Shown here piece after piece: positions 1-10,800 of a stretch of 56,508 nucleotides of DNA. Location of the stretch: contig MQRK01180223.1 of NCBI GenBank assembly GCA_001938485.1, positions 12,392 through 68,899 of the forward strand. The letters are read 5' to 3'. This stretch comes from Girardia tigrina (lineage: Eukaryota). The position numbers and the translations under genes were made by a program. Each line of letters begins with the position of its first letter. Within the stretch, counting starts at the first letter, position 1. The notes below the pieces were generated by a model, which ran no database searches, was not told the origin of the DNA, and saw only the letters and a list, made by a program, of their open reading frames with translations.

Positions 1-55
<55 letters not shown>

Positions 56-58
56 TAT
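1..58. repeat. (TA)n microsatellite; others at ~281-318, 3847-3907, 4199-4235, 21660-21735, 33554-33597, 46700-46805, 48195-48214, 53972-53994, 56466-56508
   Basis: Directly visible dinucleotide runs, several abutting N gaps. Confidence 0.98.
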
Positions 59-157
59 ATAATATAATATATAATAATTATATATAATATTGAGTCTTGT
101 GAACGCACGTTTAGTATTTTAAAAATATAATTTGATTAAAGCTTTTTTTATATAATT

Positions 158-199
158 ATTGGACATGTTTCGATGTTTACATACATCATCATCATCAAT
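158..199 (-). ncRNA. Minimal type-I hammerhead ribozyme, core-mutated copy (C3>A), within a short repeat spanning ~88-260
   Basis: Minus strand reads attg-ATGATGA-t-gatgt-atgtaa-acatc-GAAA-catg-TC-caat; homologous to 4088-4129 and 49125-49166. Confidence 0.75.
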
Positions 200-279
200 T
201 TGTATCCACAGTAATTGTTTGTCCATAAGGGAGAACTTCCATTAATAATACAAATTTGCAGTCCCAAAAAATGTAAATG

Positions 280-320
<41 letters not shown>

Positions 321-799
321 CTCTTTCTGAACTGATCTGTAATAATTGTATCCTACAAAAATCTCAATATTTATTCATGATGTATAATGTATCTAAGGCG
401 ATATTGTCTCTAAGTAATTAGATCTTCATTTGACTGTATTCCTCTTTATATTTTTCTCTACAATTTTCAACTGTATTTCTTTTACAAAATTTCAAAACCT
501 TTTCCTTTCATGAAATACGGATATACGCCACTTTCACCAATATGTCAAGATAAATCAAAGATTTCATGTTTCTCTTTCTTTTAAAGGAAGATCGAGTGAC
601 AATGACAAGTTCAATTTTTAAAATCAAGATTCTGTAGAAAATTTTTAATTTTGCAAAATTTAATAAAAGGGTAAAATACTGTTTTTTATTGAAAATTTTT
701 TTTGAACACGTTAGTATAAGTGCTGCGATTATATTACATTCTAGTTATTCTATTATAACAAGTTTCAAATTATTTATAAATTATAAATAAATTAATAAA

Positions 800-1260
800 T
801 AAGCCTTCTCCGACTGTAACGGATAAATGTATACATAGTTAACGACTATATTCAGCATTGGAACATAGATTAGTGAATCATATACTCTGTATTGGATGGT
901 AACCTCAAAAAATGCAATAGCTTCTGATCCTCTCAAAAGACTTTGGATGCGAGAATATAAGCCTTCTTTCCACGGGCACATTTTTGTTTTTATCTAATGA
1001 GTGACCAAGCATGATCCACTTGTATCATGGTTTTTTAAGGCTTCGACTTTATATGTGCATTGAGTGTAACGGGGAAATTTGACTATTCATCTATCCATTT
1101 TATTATTCAGCCTAAAAGCCAAAACCATGTTCTGGATCACTCCTTGGCCGCTATGTCAGCATTACTGATAGAAACCGACACATAAATATTTACGATCGAA
1201 ATCAAATCATATTTATACGTCTTTAGTCTGAGATGCTTCTTACGATTTCGGTATTTCAAG
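800..1260 (+). mobile_element. Degenerate non-LTR reverse transcriptase relic (domains 1-3)
   Basis: RLYSALEHRL...MQ...KDFGCENISLL and a frameshifted KAFDFI.H resemble RT domains 1, 2 and 3; many stops. Confidence 0.5.
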
Positions 1261-2792
1261 TACCATTAAAATTTATTATATGATCAAACTTATATATGCA
1301 TATGTTTAGTTTTTAACTTTTGTGGCAGTTCACAATTATACACATATAAGAACTATTAAAACTCTGTCCATGAGCGCCGAGTCAAGATGTACATTTTTTA
1401 TAATTTATAATATACTTAATAGTGTAATAATAATGTTTTATGCTCATTTATTTTTTTATGTTGTAAATGTAATTAATATTATATTAAATATCTGCTTGAA
1501 AATATTCAAGATATTAAGTTATCAGGTGAAAAATTTTGTAAAATCTTTGGGAAAACATTATTTTACAATAGTAAATACATTTTGAACAGATCTAGACTTC
1601 GATTTGCATTCATCTTCAACTGAAACATTTGTATGATCATCCAACCCACAACCCTTACATCCACCCTACCTGATAGTATGTGCACTTAAACGGTAAAAAT
1701 ATGATTTGTTAAAATATTTTAAATTTTAATTTGGAAAGTAATCAGATTATTTTGTTAGGCTCAATGTAAATATGATTTATAAAAAATATTTTTCAAAACC
1801 ATAAATAATCAAATTTACAGATCGTATCCTTACTTTCTCACACGAATTTCTGTGAAAGGATCTCGTGTGCCTCCTAAAATGTAAAGTAAAGATTATCATA
1901 ATTAATTAAATATTTATGGAAAGTTTAAATAAGTTATATAAAAATGAATAAAAGTCCGACAAAGAACATTAAAGGAAATTCTAATACACTTTTTATACTT
2001 TATTCAGAAGGTTAAAAAAATTAAATCTTCTATTTTAAAATTAATTAATTATAGACTTTGAATTTAATTTTTATAATTATAAATTTTATATAATGAAGCT
2101 TATAATCTTAATAATATTTTCTGCAAAAATCTCAATCATATTTGAGTCTATATTTTTATCTTATTTAAAAATTTTCCTTTAATGGGTGACATATCACATA
2201 CACTAAGACCCTTCATGTACTCTCTTTGAACAGATTCTGTAGCATAGATGATTTGGTAGTAAAGTAATAACCGATTAATAGGACCATTTGTTCCAAGTGA
2301 ATCTGGTCCCATTAATCGAATGGTCCCTTAAAGTGCAGTGCTTTTATTTTTAACAATTTTATTTGTTAAAAGTTTGAAAAAGTTAAATATAAACATATTA
2401 ATTCATATTACTCAAAGCTACATGAAAAACCATATATATTAAATAATCAGTATTTTTAATACTTTGTTCAGTATTTTTTTAAATTATTTGATCAATATTT
2501 TATTAATTATTTGATTAGTAGTATTTATTTTTGATCAGTAATTAATAAAAAAATGACTAGTATATTATTTTTAATTGGTAAGTATTTAATTGAAAAGGAA
2601 CTGGTAAAATTAGGAAAGTAAAAGAAATAATTAAATTTTTATATTGAATTTTCATTTATTAATTGAAGAATATTACATAAAAATAAAACAAAATTATTTA
2701 ATCTTTTCCTAAATCTATATAGTTATAGAAGCGCTCCATAGTTCTGCAAAATCCTAACGAATCCATAATATTTTATATTTTGAAAAAAGAAA

Positions 2793-2872
2793 AACAAGAG
2801 GAATTCCTAGTTAGCGCAAGTCAATAGCTTGCGCTGATAACGTCCCTGCCCTTTGTACACGCCTTCCGTCGA
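2793..2872 (+). rRNA. Isolated fragment of the eukaryotic SSU (18S) rRNA 3' region (pseudogenic)
   Basis: GAGGAATTCCTAGTTAGCGCAAGTCAATAGCTTGCGCTGATAACGTCCCTGCCCTTTGTACAC..CCGTCG matches the conserved SSU segment; flanks are AT-rich non-rDNA. Confidence 0.9.
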
Positions 2873-3850
2873 TTTAGAATTATTCTAAATTTGTTGATTG
2901 CATAATATTTTATTCATTTAATTTAAATTTAATTTTATAATATCTCACACCGGTAACTAAAAAATTTCTTTCGTGGATGCCACTTCATTAAAGATGAACA
3001 CGTGGAACAGGTACTTCAAACGTTTTTCACATTTTTTTCATAAAATACTAGAGCTTTATCGCCGAGGAATTCTCTTGTTGCTACCTCGTTAGAAGAAGAA
3101 TAATCAAAAGTTTTTTTAAATTTTTATTTCTTTATCTTTCTTTTTCTTTCATTGGTCTTACCAGCCATTTTGGCACGAAAATATAAAAACTCAGTATAAA
3201 ATAAAGTAGTAGTATCAATTTAGATGGCAAGTAAAAAATCGGTGGAGATTGTGAAGTACTGTTTGATAATGGTTTTTGTTCAAATCCTGAGGAATTAATG
3301 CGCTTAAGTTTGGAACCTTTCAATTAATTGATTCTTTATCGAAACATGGACATAACTCCTTTTTTATTAAACACCCATATCCTTTGGTGAGGATCTTTAT
3401 GAATAGAGTAATTTAAGTACTCCCAAAAAATCAGATGGTAGTCCCAGGAGAACCAAAATTATAATTTTTAAAATTTGAAAACAAATTATGAGTAAGTTTT
3501 TTTTCAAACAATAACTTCTTTTCTGTTAGGGTAATAATCTTTTGAGCAGTTTTCATGACTGTAGTCCTTCTATGCTCATTTTTTAAGTTGACAATTTATT
3601 TAAGTTACGTAAAAAATAAAAAATTCGAAATCATTAGAAAATACCAAAACAGCTTCTTAAAGACAAAATTGAAATTCTTTCAACAAACATAAATTATTAA
3701 GTCAAACATTTTATATTTAGCGCGCAATTTAAAATATAAAATATACCATGAAATATTAACCAATCTAATTAGTAAAACTCTGTTATGTTTGAATAGTTGA
3801 TAAGAGGAATTTTAAATCAATATAAAAGCTCTTTCGTGGAAATTTATATG

Positions 3851-3907
<57 letters not shown>

Positions 3908-4087
3908 NNNNNNNNNNNNNNNNNNNNNNNNNNNNNNNNNNNNNNNNNNNNNNNNNNNNNNNNNNNNNNNNNNNNNNNNNATAATATTTTCATAAATAAA
4001 AATGTTTAATTTTTTCGTCAACTTTTAAAGTAAATTATATTTATTAAAATTGTGAAAAATTGTATTATTCAAACAATTCAATAGAAA

Positions 4088-4129
4088 ATTGCTGATGATA
4101 ATGTATGTAAACATCGAAACATGTCCAAT
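4088..4129 (+). ncRNA. Minimal type-I hammerhead ribozyme in a short Penelope-like repeat (~4050-4198)
   Basis: attg-CTGATGA-t-aatgt-atgtaa-acatc-GAAA-catg-TC-caat: stem I attg/caat, palindromic ACATGT stem III, GUC cleavage triplet. Confidence 0.85.
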
Positions 4130-4194
4130 AATTATATAAAAAAAACTTTAATCAAATTATATTTTTGAAATACTAAACTGGCGTTCACAAAACT

Positions 4195-4238
<44 letters not shown>

Positions 4239-4239
4239 A

Positions 4240-4770
4240 AATTTTATTTCCATAAAACAGTATAATTAATTCCATTCAAGAAAAGAGTACATTGACTAAA
4301 GCGTCACATCGAGTATCCGCTATAAAAAAGAGTTTACTGGTTTTATTGTGCAGCTCGAACATGGATTGAACCTATGGATATTGTGCTTCGCCCATGTTGA
4401 AGCGCAGTATTTGATGTTGGATATTACACATCTTCTGCGGAGATTATCAATGGCAATATCTGACAACTTTAAGCCCTGGTGTACTTTGTCATTCTTCTTT
4501 GGCCAAGAACCGAGACATCCGACCACCTCAACCAGGGTATTTTACTTCTACCTCTTCCTCCAAAGTTGAATATTTCGTATCATTTAGTTCTCTAGCAGAT
4601 TCTAGGTTTTCTGTTTCATCATATGGTGTTTTAATGTCGATCAACCATAGAGTTTCTTCCGGTGTTTCTGATTTGAAGGTCGATTCTTATGTTGGATATT
4701 GAGAAGTCGCTTTTTTCTTTCTCGACGATTATGTAATAAGGGAGCTCAAGGTCTATTATGGGTCGCAAGT
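4240..4770 (-). mobile_element. 3' fragment of an RLE-type (R2/NeSL-like) non-LTR retrotransposon
   Basis: RIDLQI / LWLIDIKTPYD...NL..AR..NDTKY..L / VGCLGSWPKKNDKV...SNIKYCASTW across frameshifts, followed by AATAAA and (TA)n. Confidence 0.85.
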
Positions 4771-5960
4771 AATAGAATTTTTTTGTTGTCATGGATCAAA
4801 TAATAGCTCTGTGAACATAAAGCCACTGCAAACAAGAACTGTCACAAGAACTTAACATCTTCTAATAAACTTCTCAAATATAACTTTATAACAGAATACC
4901 AATACTAAATTGATTTCTTCCAAAAGTGTACTAGGAGTAAAGAAACAACACTTGCAACTGATTGTGCAATTATGAAACTTGCATCATCAGATCTATCAGA
5001 ATCTTTAGCCATTATAGCAAATCAGCAGCTACAACAAGAGTCATTCCATATAATAGTTGAATAAAGTATTAAAGCACTTCCAAAAACTCAAATTACACCA
5101 GAAAAAAGGTTATGTAATCTGTCTAGAGCAGGATTGATCCTGTACGTCTTACTTAACCCTGTTGAAACTGGAGACGCAAAGAAGTACTATCACTTACATT
5201 GACGAAATTCTTCAGAAGTGGAAATGCCAGCATCCAGCATTGGTCAACCGAATTGGTTCTGTTTTTATGCCTGAAAAAACAAGACCTTATGCCACACGAA
5301 TGACCCTACAAAAATTGAATGTTTTTGCTGTAAAAATGAACCTCATCCATCAAACTTGTTCGACCTCTCATCAACAGATTAACATTTTAAATCACTTGAA
5401 TAACTTGAAAAAACTAAAATCGCCTCAAAACGCCTTCAATAAATTGATCACTTTCGATCTTCTGATTTCGACGTATTTGTAATAAGTAAATTTTTATCTC
5501 TCAGATGGTTTAAATGTTTCGATTCAAATGGTTTTTATTTTGATTAATAAAGTTTATTAATAAAAACTATTTTAAAAATATTTTCATTGAAAATTTCTAA
5601 TGGAAAAAAACTTTTTATCTCTTTTCTTCACTTAAGATTCGCATTCTCACATAAATTCTACAATCTTATTCAATTATTATTAATTTTTACGACAGTAATT
5701 TTTAATTAATATTTTATATTTTTTAAATTCAAATAATCTTTATTATTAAAACATTCTCAAATGAAGGTATACCGCGATCGGATGATCCACATGACGATGA
5801 AGAATAGCATCATGAGACTGAGCAGAAATACACCGCACAGAAACACATTCTTGGACGAAAGTGTTGTATCTACAATTAATTAATAATTACTTATGTATTA
5901 TCATTAATGATTTTTAAATAAAATATTTATCAAGATTTTTTTTATTTAGTTTATTACAAT

Positions 5961-6491
5961 TATTAAGAACACCAACATGGGTTTTCGAACTTTTATTTTC
6001 AATACAATCAGAATTGTCTTTTGGACAACTCTCAGCAAAACACTCGTGATTCGACATCGTTCTAAATTGATCAATTTTAGTTAATGTTTGTTAATAAACA
6101 ATTATTCGAACAAATTTTTCATTATTTTCTGATTTTATTTTTAAAGTTCAAATTTTGTAATTTTTATTATTAATTTTATTTACATATTAATTTTATTTAA
6201 AAATTATTTTATGGAAAGAAAGAACATTTATTTAATTCAAAACTTAGTTAAAACTATTTATTTTATTTAAATTTTAATATGAAAATTTGAAACGATTTAA
6301 TATTTTTAATGTTTTTAAATATCTTATGTTGTACTTTAAAATGTAAATTATGCTCGAATAATTATTTATTGTGAACATCTAAAATATCAATTTTCCACCT
6401 GGGTGGGAGAAACACATTTCCAAATACTAAACTCAACATACAAAATTCAACAAACCAATTTCAACATACCAAATTTAAAATATTCCTCACA
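5961..6491 (-). mobile_element. Solo LTR, family A (TGTGAGG...TTAATA)
   Basis: Perfect 5-bp TSD acaat/acaat; conserved ccacctgggtgggagaaacac motif; similar to 9616-10046. Confidence 0.85.
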
Positions 6492-7429
6492 ACAATAATA
6501 CATTTAAATCTCGGAACGGATTTAATTTCACGTATATATTCTATTTCACGTATACGATTCTATCAAAGGATTTGTAACATTATGATTAATTTCAACCTCT
6601 CCTTTCCTTATAACTTGGTTTGAAGTATTTCATTTCATATTTCCACTTCAAAAGCGTTTTGTTCTTCATGTTTTCCATTGCTTTTGTCACATTGACATTT
6701 GTTTCGAAGAATGTCATTTGAAGTGGAGAATTTATTCTGTTTTATTAATGATTTCGTCCGTGTTGTAGAGATAACGTTACCTCTTTAAGCTAGGCGGAGA
6801 TCATTATTACATGTCTTGATCTTTATCCTTAGGTTTTATTAAATTATAATATGAAGATATGAAGGGTAGCATGCCTCATCAATTCTTTCACCATGATCAT
6901 TCCTAACAGGACGGTGAAGCGGTTAGACTTTCTCAAATTTTTACAAACGATTTACGAAAAATAAAGAATTATGCTTTGCTTAGTTTTTTAAATTGTAAAG
7001 ATTTTACGTTTCATTTGAAATCTTTAATCTTTCTTTTTAATTATATATTAATATTAAAGAATATTTTTGAATGGTTTTATTGTATGTTGTTTTTAGGAAT
7101 TGTGTTTTTCCCATCAAGATGGAATATTGAAATTTTAAATGTTTTGGACGGTCGGATTATATTGTACAATTTTAAAATGTTAATAACAACTTACTATATT
7201 TTAATCAATAAATATATAATAATATTTTAATCAAAATAAATTAAATCTATTTGGAAGTGATTAAAAATATTGTAAAAGTGGATTATAAAGTAAGTATTTA
7301 TTTAATCATAAATAATATATTTAAAATGAATTAAAATAGTTTTGAAAATAATTTAAATTTATTTTAGTAAGGAATTTTAATTTAAACTGGTTTGAATAAT
7401 TGAATTAAAATTTTATCAATAAAAAACGA

Positions 7430-8560
7430 TGTATAACTACGAAAGATTTCTGGAGAATTGTCCTGGAAGCAATTTGAGCTGTGATGTCAAAATAAGTATT
7501 GGAAATCATATTAGTGTTCTTAATAAATCAAAAGTTATATTATATTTTCCGCCTATGATATGATTTTTACTGGAAAGTTCAATTTATCATTTATAATAAT
7601 TTGTCTCACGCGGCTGGATCGAACAATGTATATAGAGCTGGAATCTCCAGTTAAAGTAAAGCAAAATATTTTTAAAGATTGTCTTTTGATGTATATTCCA
7701 TTATCGTTCCATTAAACATCATAATAGAAAATTGAGAACTTCTCAAGCAGTAATTTGATTTGATTAACAGTAATTTATATTGTTTTGATTTATTAGTTCG
7801 GTTTAAAATTGAAAAATATTTCTTGTGTTCCAAGGAAGTGAGCATCATTGAAGGACAGAATGTCGATTAAATGATCTGCTCCATGAGATCACATATAATC
7901 ACTAGTATTCGGAGATCTTTGGAGTTCATCATTTGAAAGGTAGATAGGATACAGTATTTTTTTCGATTGAGGTAAACAATCCGGTCATCCAAGAATTTTG
8001 TCAAACCAAAAGAGGCAATTCATTAGAAGCCAATTGATACTTTTCATATAAACTAATAAATTGAATATCAATGCCAGATAAACTATTCTCTTTACAGCAA
8101 TCTATGGCGATATGACCGTTCCTGAGACGATGTACTATTGTGAAGTAGATGAAAAACTTGTAAGCACGATTTTTTGAGTGCAATGAAGGTTCATTTTCGA
8201 GATAATTGTTATTTTATAATTGCTTAATAAATGGATTAGTGAGTTGTTTACCGTTTTAAAATCGCATTATTTGCCAAAATATACCTGTGCTTTGGGAAAG
8301 GTTTTATTTCACTTCATCATATTGTATAAATGATTTATTTGATTCATGTACTTTAAGATTTAGGTATTTAATTTGAGTATCAAAAATTTAGCAAACTCCT
8401 TAATAGTATTAAAGTAGTTCTAAATTGCTTTAATCATCTTAGTTATTAGTATTAGATCATCCACATAACTCAGAATCCTGATTGGAACATTGAAGAAGCA
8501 ATCTCAACTGCAATACAAAGGAATTCATTGTTCATCCTGTATAACATTGAGAGAGTGTAC
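7430..8560 (-). mobile_element. Degenerate non-LTR RT relic (RLE clade)
   Basis: ILSYVDDLILI...LKLN near 8480-8370; ORF 8001-8183 parallels the post-RT7 region of the 23140-23820 fragment; limits approximate. Confidence 0.65.
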
Positions 8561-9422
8561 GATTGCTTAACTCACTTTTTAATGTGAATTCCTTCAATAT
8601 TCAAAATTTTACATTTGATGTTGATTATGTTGTCCTAATATATTTCATTGATATTATTAAGAACACTTTCAGAGAGGCGATTTCATTTTATGTACCTTAG
8701 TTGGAGTTGACGATCAAATCACAGTTTAAAACAATAATGCTTAAATGACAAAACATGTTAACAATAGATGTGAGCAAAATTTTATACAGTAAATTGTGAA
8801 ATTAACCCTATATATAATAGAAGGAAAGGTTACTAATTGATATTCATTGTATGAACTGTAAAATGATAGTAGTTTTAAGCCGCACAATAGTATCATTACA
8901 GCACTCAAGACCGCTGTAAGTCACTTATAATGTTTATTTTTATTTTAAACAAAATGTTGTCCTTGACAATTAAATTCGTTTAAAATTGTATAAATCTTAT
9001 TTAAAAACGTTAAATGAAATTAGAGACGCCTTAAAACGTAGAATGGATTAACTAATACAATTTTATCACCAATTTTAAGGCTTTCTATGTAAATAAAACA
9101 TGTTATTTATATGTTTATTAAATTAAACGTACTATTAAAAATCCCTTTTTAGAATATTTAAATTCTTTGCATCTAAATATTAAATTTACAACAGAAACCG
9201 AGAATAATAACAGATTATCTTTTCTAGATTTACTAATAGAAAGGAAAAAAGATATTTATGAGATCGAAATTTACAGAAAGGAAATTGATAGAGGTTGTAC
9301 ACGACTCCAAAGAGTTTTTGTGAATTTCAATATAAAATTAATATGATTAAAGGTTTAACACATTGACTGCTGTTGACATCATGCACCGAACGTCTGCTAC
9401 AAAAAAAAAGTTTAGCATTTAA

Positions 9423-9558
9423 CACATTGAATGCTGAGTACGAGATATCTCGTACTTAGCGTCTTAGTAATGTAAGCCAAAGTACGAGATATATCGTACT
9501 TAGCGTCTAACTAATGAATATTGAAGTACGAGATATCTCGTACTCAGCATTCAATGTG
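9423..9558. mobile_element. piggyBac-type MITE, 136 bp
   Basis: TTAA on both sides; perfect 34-bp TIR cacattgaatgctgagtacgagatatctcgtact; a related end ttaa|cacattgactgc lies at 9355. Confidence 0.9.
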
Positions 9559-9615
9559 TTAATATTTTGATCTTGGTAATTATCGTCAACTTGTACAAAA
9601 ATTTGTCATTGTATT

Positions 9616-10046
9616 TAATTAGAACAATATTATGATTTTCAACACATTTATCCAGATCAATTCTCCATAAAGCTTTCATACTTAGACATCGTTCTTAATT
9701 GATAAATTTTAATTCTATTTCTAAATCTTTAATTGTTCGAACAAATTTAAATTACAATTTAAATGACCAGAGAATCTTAAATTATTTTCAAAAATATTTT
9801 AATTTATTTTAAATATTTTATTTATGAAATAAATATTTTATTTATTATTTATGATTAAAATATTATTATATGTTTATTATTAATTTAATTTTAAAATTGT
9901 TACTTACATTTTTAAATTGTCCGAATAAACCGATTGTTTAAAACATTTTAAATATCAATCTTCCATCTGGGTGAGAGAAACACAATCCTAAAAACAACAT
10001 ACCAAACACAACGTACAATAAACACCATTCGAAAATATTTCTCACA
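9616..10046 (-). mobile_element. Solo LTR, family A
   Basis: taattagaac...ccatctgggtgagagaaacac...ttctcaca; TSD gtatt/atatt (1 mismatch). Confidence 0.75.
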
Positions 10047-10079
10047 ATATTTATTGTTTTTACCAAATTATTGAATAAC

Positions 10080-10800
10080 AATGGTTACTCAAAATTAGTT
10101 GTTGAGAAATTAACCAAAGAAGCAATTGATAAATTAATCAATAAACCGAATAAAACTGTGATTATAAATGATGTAAAAGATTTTAAAATATGTTTTGCGT
10201 AATCCATATTCCAAAGGTTTTGCTCAATTTTAACATTCAATTTAAAATGTGAAAATAATGCTTTTAATTTAAAAATGGTATCGCAAACATATAAAATCGA
10301 AAGTACATTTTATAATAAATCACCAACACCATTTAGATTGTTCTTGGATGTCGTTTATCTATTTACATGTAATAGGTGCAATACCACATACATTGGAGAT
10401 ATGTCTCTTTATCTCTGTAGGAGAATCCAAGAACATGTTCGTAATGTGGGTTGAAGTAATATTGCAGAACACAGAAAAGCTTGCCAATTGAATGAAAATA
10501 TTAACATAAATAATTTTAAAATGCTCAGTTTAATAATTATGGGAATGTCTGTGAAGCACTATATTTCAGGTCTGTAAATCCTAAGATACACAAACGAGTC
10601 TCTCGAAAACCTTAATTAGTGTTTTTAGATGACACAATTATTCCTCGATTACATGATCACTGCTTGAATATATAACAAATTTTAAACTCATAATTTCTTT
10701 ATGACCTGGCGATGACGGTTATACCATCGAAATTAATTGCCTTTGGTAATAAGTTTTTAAATGGCGTCTTTGTGTATTCGAAAATAAAATTATACCATCT
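10080..10800 (+). mobile_element. Penelope-like element 3' fragment (GIY-YIG) with a decayed hammerhead at ~10702-10741
   Basis: VVYLFTCNRCNTTYIG...RRIQEH...SNIAEH..C; CEALYFRSVNPKI; ctggcga-t-gacgg-ttata-ccatc-gaaa. Confidence 0.85.

Noticed and set aside
1585-1885. Short candidate exons
   Set aside because: Splice-like words occur on conflicting strands and no product is recognisable
5478-5651. TG...ctcaCA segment as another solo LTR
   Set aside because: No TSD and no second copy in the window
5961-6491. Family A as IES-like or introner elements
   Set aside because: Contact with the integrase stop and PPT, and 5-bp TSDs, fit LTRs
9437-9544. CRISPR-like palindromic repeats with spacers
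   Set aside because: Only three units, inside TIRs with TTAA flanks; the spacers resemble each other; eukaryotic context; no cas genes
10440-10470. TGA in GIY-YIG as selenocysteine (Naiad-like)
   Set aside because: Not at a conserved Cys, the endonuclease is C-terminal, the copy is decayed and no SECIS was seen
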